DNA of 17,001 nt from a virus. Within the stretch, counting starts at the first letter, position 1, and each line of letters starts with the position of its first letter. The notes below the pieces were generated by a model that did no database searches, was not told the DNA's origin, and was given only the letters and a program-made list of their open reading frames with translations. Location: IMG/VR virus record IMGVR_UViG_3300045988_065566; one strand, written 5' to 3'. The position numbers were made by a program, and so were the translations under genes. This document shows positions 12,967 to 17,001 of this stretch, one piece after another.

Positions 12967-14181
12967 ATGGTAGACGTACAAGCATGGCTGGAACGCACCC
13001 AGAACCAATATTGGGACATGGACGGGGCCTACGGTGCCCAATGCTGGGATTTATGGGCAAAGTACTGCATGGACAATTACAATCTGTCGTTAGGCGACTG
13101 CATCACCCCGACAGGTTACGCAGAAGGCAATTACACCATGTTCCCCACCACATCCGCCGTGGGGCGCGTTTTTGAGAAAAAAGACGCCGACTATACACCC
13201 GGCATGGGGGATGTCGTGTTTTGGAAATTCGGCAGTCAAAACTACCCCGGCAGCCACGTGGCCATCGTGTGGGGCGGTATCCAAGGCGACAGTATCGATG
13301 TACTAACGCAAAACCCGACGCCCGCCGTACATCAAACCTTACCGCTTGCGAAAGGGTCACAGCTTCTCGGCTATCTGCATCCCACGGCACTACCGGAACC
13401 GCCGGAATCCGGCGACAACCCGACTGGCGGTGACAATCCGGGCGTGAGCGTGGACGGCGACATCTCCGCGTGGATACAATTGCAGGGGGATGATCTCGTA
13501 TATCATAGTGGCTCGGGCACGATATCATCACAAGCCATTTTCTATAAGGCAAGCGCCCAGACTTGGGTATATCGCGGCGGCACGGGTCAGCCGGACGCCG
13601 ACCACGGTCAGAGCACGCCAAGCGTAGGCGACGGGAAAAGCTCATACGCGCTGTATGTAATCGGTACAGTCGAATCATCATTACGCTGGGATGCGGTCGA
13701 ATCAAACAATCAGGGTATCGGTATCGCACAATGGAGTTTTGGACGCCGCTTGCAGGTTCTGAATGCAATGAGAGCGGTGGATGCTGTAGGATATGAGGCG
13801 TTTGCCGCCGCCGCGCCGGGTATCGCCGCGCTCATGGAATCAGGCGGCACATTCAACAGAGCGTTAACCGGTAGCGAAGTCGCGGCATTCCAGACGTGGG
13901 CGCGGCGCACGGGATCACGGCAGGGCCAGCGTAATCAGTTCGCAAGGGATTACGAGAGCTACCCGAAGACGTATGAGGATGCGAAAATGCAAATACTATG
14001 GGTAAGCGCCTATCATCAAAACCCGGCGGGCGCGTTGAACGTGCCTCATGCTTCATCACTTACCCAACTGTATAATAATATCCTCAATACACCCCCGTTC
14101 GGGCCGTATGGGACACGCTACAATACCGTCTACTCGCTGTTGAACGTATGGGACGGCACCAGCGCACCACCGAACTTCTGA
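12967..14181 (+). CDS. Tail-associated peptidoglycan hydrolase: N-terminal CHAP domain plus C-terminal lysozyme-like domain (functional analog of phi29 gp13)
   Basis: CHAP signature: DGAYGAQCWDL (catalytic Cys) and YPGSHVAIV (His). A Pro/Gly linker follows (PEPPESGDNPTGGDNPG). The C-terminal part has ..VIGTVESS....NNQGIGIAQWSFGRR.., which resembles the phage tail lysozyme E...G(I/L)xQW..R pattern. Confidence 0.72.
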   Translation: MVDVQAWLERTQNQYWDMDGAYGAQCWDLWAKYCMDNYNLSLGDCITPTGYAEGNYTMFPTTSAVGRVFEKKDADYTPGMGDVVFWKFGSQNYPGSHVAIVWGGIQGDSIDVLTQNPTPAVHQTLPLAKGSQLLGYLHPTALPEPPESGDNPTGGDNPGVSVDGDISAWIQLQGDDLVYHSGSGTISSQAIFYKASAQTWVYRGGTGQPDADHGQSTPSVGDGKSSYALYVIGTVESSLRWDAVESNNQGIGIAQWSFGRRLQVLNAMRAVDAVGYEAFAAAAPGIAALMESGGTFNRALTGSEVAAFQTWARRTGSRQGQRNQFARDYESYPKTYEDAKMQILWVSAYHQNPAGALNVPHASSLTQLYNNILNTPPFGPYGTRYNTVYSLLNVWDGTSAPPNF

Positions 14182-14226
14182 TACAACGACAGACCGGTAG
14201 ATATCCACCGGTCTGTCACTGTTGTA
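14182..14226 (+). other. Long hairpin after the hydrolase gene (no U-tract)
   Basis: TACAAC+GACAGACCGGT (14182-14198), loop AGATATCC, ACCGGTCTGTC (14207-14217), then a 3-nt bulge and GTTGTA (14221-14226). The 11-bp core is perfect and 6 further bp extend it. Confidence 0.6.
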
Positions 14227-14235
14227 TGGTAAAAT
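14227..14235 (+). promoter_or_regulatory. Extended -10-like box TGGTAAAAT upstream of the ATPase gene
   Basis: TGnTAAAAT lies immediately 3' of the hairpin. ATG 14243 begins 7 nt after the hexamer, a leaderless-type geometry. No SD precedes ATG 14234 or 14243. Confidence 0.3.
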
Positions 14236-15340
14236 GGATGTTATGGAGAGGCTGTTAGCGGAGGGCGATTATTACGATTATGGGAGCGTATTATCCTATC
14301 ATGCGCCTTGGATGTTCGTAATCGGCGCGCGCGGTCTCGGAAAAACCTATGGTGCCAAAAAACTTGTCATCGGTGACTGGATTAAAAAACGCTGGCAATT
14401 CATCTACTTACGCCGTACTGCCGAAGAACAGAAAAACAAGGGCACATGGTTCGCTGACATAGCGGAACAATACCCGGAATTGGAATTCCGCGTATCCGGG
14501 AACCAAGCCGAATGTCATTGGCTGAATGACAGGGACGCCACCACGGACAAGCACGGCAAGACACGCCCCACATGGCATGTCATGGGGTATTTTATCGCCC
14601 TCAGTCAGGCAGGACAAGTGAAATCAGTCGCATACCCCAAGGTGCGAACCGTAATCTTTGATGAAATATTCCCCGATAATATGCATTACCTTGGAGGCGA
14701 GGTCACGGCGCTTGAGGAATTCTATAATACCGTTGACCGCTGGAACGACAGGGTTCGCGTCATCATGTGCAGTAACGCCGTAACCCTCGCTAACCCGTAT
14801 TTCAGCGCATTCGGTATTAACCTCAAGCCACAACTTGATAATCACACGCAATATCAACGGTATTGCGACGGATTTATCATAGTGGAATTAGCCGATTACG
14901 GCGGGTTCAGCGCCAAGGTGGCCACATCGAAATTCGGACAGTTCCTACGCAAATATGACGAAAATTATGCGAACTATGCAATCAACAACGACTTTAGGGA
15001 TAACGCCAATACTCTCATTAGTGATTTTAACAACGCCGGTTATGCATTCACACTAAGAACCACCGAATACGGTATTTTTAATGTATATCAGCAATTAAGC
15101 GATACAGATGAAGTGTTGTATATCATCACCAAAAAACAGCCGAAAATCACCAGAGATTTTACGTTTGATTACCGACTGGTCGATAATGATTGCATCATGC
15201 TCAAACGCTCCGACGATGTGACGCAGAAAATACTAAACGCCTATCGTGTCGGACGATTGCGTTTTGAGACACCACAAATCAAGGCGGAATTCAGCATGAT
15301 ACTTGGCGGCTTACTACAACAATCAGGTATAAGAAAGTGA
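14234..15340 (+). CDS. DNA encapsidation (packaging) ATPase, phi29 gp16-like
   Basis: Collinear with phi29 gp16: VLSYHAPWMFVIGARGLGKTYG (Walker A) vs MLSYDRILNFVIGARGIGKSY; QFIYLRR; YPKVRTVIFDEIF (Walker B) vs YPNVSTIVFDEFI; IMCSNAVTLANPYF vs CLSNAVSVVNPYF; GRLRFE vs GYLRFD. The start is uncertain: TTG 14222, ATG 14234 or ATG 14243. Confidence 0.92.
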   Translation: MDVMERLLAEGDYYDYGSVLSYHAPWMFVIGARGLGKTYGAKKLVIGDWIKKRWQFIYLRRTAEEQKNKGTWFADIAEQYPELEFRVSGNQAECHWLNDRDATTDKHGKTRPTWHVMGYFIALSQAGQVKSVAYPKVRTVIFDEIFPDNMHYLGGEVTALEEFYNTVDRWNDRVRVIMCSNAVTLANPYFSAFGINLKPQLDNHTQYQRYCDGFIIVELADYGGFSAKVATSKFGQFLRKYDENYANYAINNDFRDNANTLISDFNNAGYAFTLRTTEYGIFNVYQQLSDTDEVLYIITKKQPKITRDFTFDYRLVDNDCIMLKRSDDVTQKILNAYRVGRLRFETPQIKAEFSMILGGLLQQSGIRK

Positions 15341-15350
15341 GGAAATATTC

Positions 15351-15716
15351 ATGCCAGTTCGTGAGTTGATTGTCATCGGCATTGTTTTTTTATTGGCGCT
15401 GATAGACTATATTACCGGCGTGGTAAACGCAATCATGCACGGCGAACTGTCCAGTGAGAGAATGAGGCAGGGACTTGGGCACAAGTTCGCATATCTGGCG
15501 GTTATTTGTGTCGCGTTGATTGTGGAATACGGCTCGGACTACATCAATCTCGGAATCGAACTACCCGTATTCATCCCCGTATGCGCAGGTATTTGTCTGA
15601 CTGAAATCACATCAATCATCGAAAACTGTATAAAAATCAACCCCGAATTAAGCGGGTCGAATATTTCCCACATCTTCAATGTTGACAAAAAAGAAAACAA
15701 CGGTAAGGAAGATTAG
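15351..15716 (+). CDS. Holin (three predicted transmembrane segments; phage_holin_4-like)
   Basis: RBS GAGGA. Hydrophobic segments are LIVIGIVFLLALIDYITGVV, FAYLAVICVALIVEY and LPVFIPVCAGICLTEITSII. The DYITG... and ..E..SI.EN motifs are typical of that holin family. Charged C-terminal tail. Sits immediately upstream of the endolysin. Confidence 0.8.
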   Translation: MPVRELIVIGIVFLLALIDYITGVVNAIMHGELSSERMRQGLGHKFAYLAVICVALIVEYGSDYINLGIELPVFIPVCAGICLTEITSIIENCIKINPELSGSNISHIFNVDKKENNGKED

Positions 15717-15719
15717 GCA

Positions 15720-16622
15720 ATGGATAACATCACATGGATAGGCTCCCCCAACCACTACAACGGGCGAGACGGACACCACGTAGACCACATCACCCTACAC
15801 ATCATGGTAGGCTATCTAACCAGCACAGACAACTTTTTTCAATCACCCGGAAGCTCGGCATCAGCCCACTACGGAATAGGCGGAGACGGCACTATCCATC
15901 AATACGTAAGTGAAAGTGACGGCTCATGGTCAGACGCCAACTACGCCAGCAACAACGGAACCATCAGCATCGAACACGAAGGCGGAATGGAGGGAGTCCC
16001 CTGCACGCAAGCCTGCATGGACGCATCCGCCGCACTCTGCGCCGATATCGCCCAACGATACGGATGGAAACGCCTATGGCACGACGGACTCAACGGAAAC
16101 ATCTGGCTACACCGCGAAGTCCCCGGATCCGACCACGCCGGATGTCCCGACCTCGCGCCCAACGGACTTGACGTAAACTACGTCATCAACAAAGCAAACC
16201 AAATACTACAAAACGGAGGTATCGAAAAAATGGCGTTCACAGATGAAGATATCATGAAATTCTGGACACACAAACTACCCAACGGACGCCCAGCCCGCGA
16301 CATCATAAGCGACGCAACCAGCGACATCATTCGAATGCACGACAACGGCATGGTCGGCGGCCAATGGATGCACATACTACCCAACGGGCGATATGCACGA
16401 GATATCATAAGCGACGCAACCAGCGACATCATTCGTATACATGATAACATGCTCCCAGCACTGACAACACAGGTAACAGCGCTTACGGCGGCAGTCAAAA
16501 CCCTATCCGAGTCAATCGGCGCAGACCCTGACACCATTGCCAAGGCAGTACAGGACGCCGTAAAAGCCAAGCTCGATGCGCTCGAAATCACCGTAAACGC
16601 CAAAGACAAGGCAGAAAAGTAG
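15720..16622 (+). CDS. Endolysin: N-acetylmuramoyl-L-alanine amidase (Amidase_2/PGRP type) with a repeat-containing C-terminal region
   Basis: RBS AAGGAAG. Amidase_2 features: ITLHIMVG, SAHYGIGGDGTIHQYV, ISIEHEG, HREVPGSDHAGCPD (Zn ligands H/H/C). The C-terminus has two 34-aa repeats and a coiled-coil-like tail. Confidence 0.85.
   Translation: MDNITWIGSPNHYNGRDGHHVDHITLHIMVGYLTSTDNFFQSPGSSASAHYGIGGDGTIHQYVSESDGSWSDANYASNNGTISIEHEGGMEGVPCTQACMDASAALCADIAQRYGWKRLWHDGLNGNIWLHREVPGSDHAGCPDLAPNGLDVNYVINKANQILQNGGIEKMAFTDEDIMKFWTHKLPNGRPARDIISDATSDIIRMHDNGMVGGQWMHILPNGRYARDIISDATSDIIRIHDNMLPALTTQVTALTAAVKTLSESIGADPDTIAKAVQDAVKAKLDALEITVNAKDKAEK
16275..16448 (+). repeat. Two direct repeat units, 102-bp period, inside the endolysin C-terminal region
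   Basis: 16275-16346 and 16377-16448 share a 32-nt identical core, ATCATAAGCGACGCAACCAGCGACATCATTCG (16302-16333 and 16404-16435). They encode LPNGR(P/Y)ARDIISDATSDIIR(M/I)HDN twice. Confidence 0.9.
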
Positions 16623-16639
16623 CCACACGCACAAGAAAG

Positions 16640-16670
16640 CCCCCTAGGTATATAACCTAGGGGGTTTCTT
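16640..16670. terminator. Bidirectional intrinsic terminator between convergent genes
   Basis: CCCCCTAGGT (16640-16649), loop ATATA, ACCTAGGGGG (16655-16664), followed by TTTCTT and preceded by AGAAAG (T-rich on the minus strand). Lies between the endolysin (+) and the right-end gene (-). Confidence 0.8.
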
Positions 16671-16710
16671 ATATATCAGCTCAAAACTCCCACCCAGATA
16701 TCGACTTCAC

Positions 16711-16947
16711 TCATAAAACAAGGTCATCAATCACCTTAACATTATATATATGCCAACCATCACATTCACGGAGGCATACATAATCAAAATCACAGTCACC
16801 GTACACATAATCAAGAACCTCACGAAGAGCCGCCTCGGCATTAATACCGACATGAGCCCTATAAAGAATCGGATTATCTCCAGTATCAATAAAAACAGGA
16901 CAAAATTGATTCTCAGACTCAATGACAACGGCCTTAACTTTAAACAT
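16711..16947 (-). CDS. Small acidic hypothetical protein (78 aa), right-end inward-facing gene
   Basis: AAGGAG (complement of 16956-16961) sits 8 nt before ATG 16947. The track GTG at 16956 is unlikely. By hand count it is 38% G+C, well below the sampled structural-gene stretches. Net negative charge. No family recognised. Confidence 0.6.
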   Translation of the reverse strand: MFKVKAVVIESENQFCPVFIDTGDNPILYRAHVGINAEAALREVLDYVYGDCDFDYVCLRECDGWHIYNVKVIDDLVL

Positions 16948-16961
16948 TTTAATCACTCCTT

Positions 16962-17001
16962 ATCAACACCTCTCCAACAACGACGTATCAGCCAACGCCC
17001 T
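16962..17001. repeat. Right inverted terminal repeat (40 bp, perfect)
   Basis: Exact reverse complement of nt 1-40. Confidence 0.95.

Noticed and set aside
1-17001. tRNA genes, CRISPR arrays, an integrase/repressor lysogeny module, transposases.
   Set aside because: Non-coding space is limited to a few gaps of under 190 nt, and none has cloverleaf potential that I could see. There are no spaced direct-repeat arrays, and no ORF carries recombinase or repressor-like motifs. The layout is that of a strictly lytic phi29-type genome.

Overview
The window appears to be a complete linear phage genome of 17,001 bp. It starts and ends with a perfect 40-bp inverted terminal repeat (ITR). It encodes the core gene set of phi29-type, protein-primed podoviruses (Picovirinae/Salasmaviridae-like).

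Gene order, left to right:
- Two small early genes, a candidate SSB, a very basic terminal-protein candidate, and a family-B protein-primed DNA polymerase.
- A 187-nt non-coding gap.
- An acidic scaffold-like protein and a major capsid protein with a C-terminal Big_2 domain.
- A second structured non-coding gap.
- A gp9-like tail knob, a gp10-like portal/connector, and a gp11-like lower collar that is split in two.
- Three tail-appendage genes, one of them carrying an SGNH esterase domain.
- A CHAP + lysozyme-like tail hydrolase, a gp16-like packaging ATPase, a holin and an amidase endolysin.
- One AT-rich gene read inward from the right end. Every other gene is on the + strand.

I found no tRNA, CRISPR array, integrase or lysogeny module. 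The moderate-to-high G+C content, and the -10 boxes sitting directly upstream of genes that lack a Shine-Dalgarno (SD) sequence, suggest a Gram-positive and possibly actinobacterial host. Size and layout recall Actinomyces phage Av-1, but I cannot verify that here.

The most interesting observations:
1. A promoter-to-terminator cassette downstream of the polymerase gene could be a roughly 165-nt pRNA-like RNA, or an antitermination leader for the late operon.
2. A 14-bp perfect palindrome, GTTTCACGTGAAAC, occurs three times. Two copies lie inside the polymerase gene in different reading frames, and one forms the core of the terminator downstream of the capsid gene.
3. In the polymerase, the exonuclease catalytic residues appear to be replaced.
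4. The lower-collar gene is split at an ATGA stop/start overlap.
5. Three genes without an SD carry -10-like boxes 6-7 nt upstream of their ATG, a leaderless-type arrangement.

All homology statements come from by-eye comparison with remembered family sequences and motifs, not from database searches.
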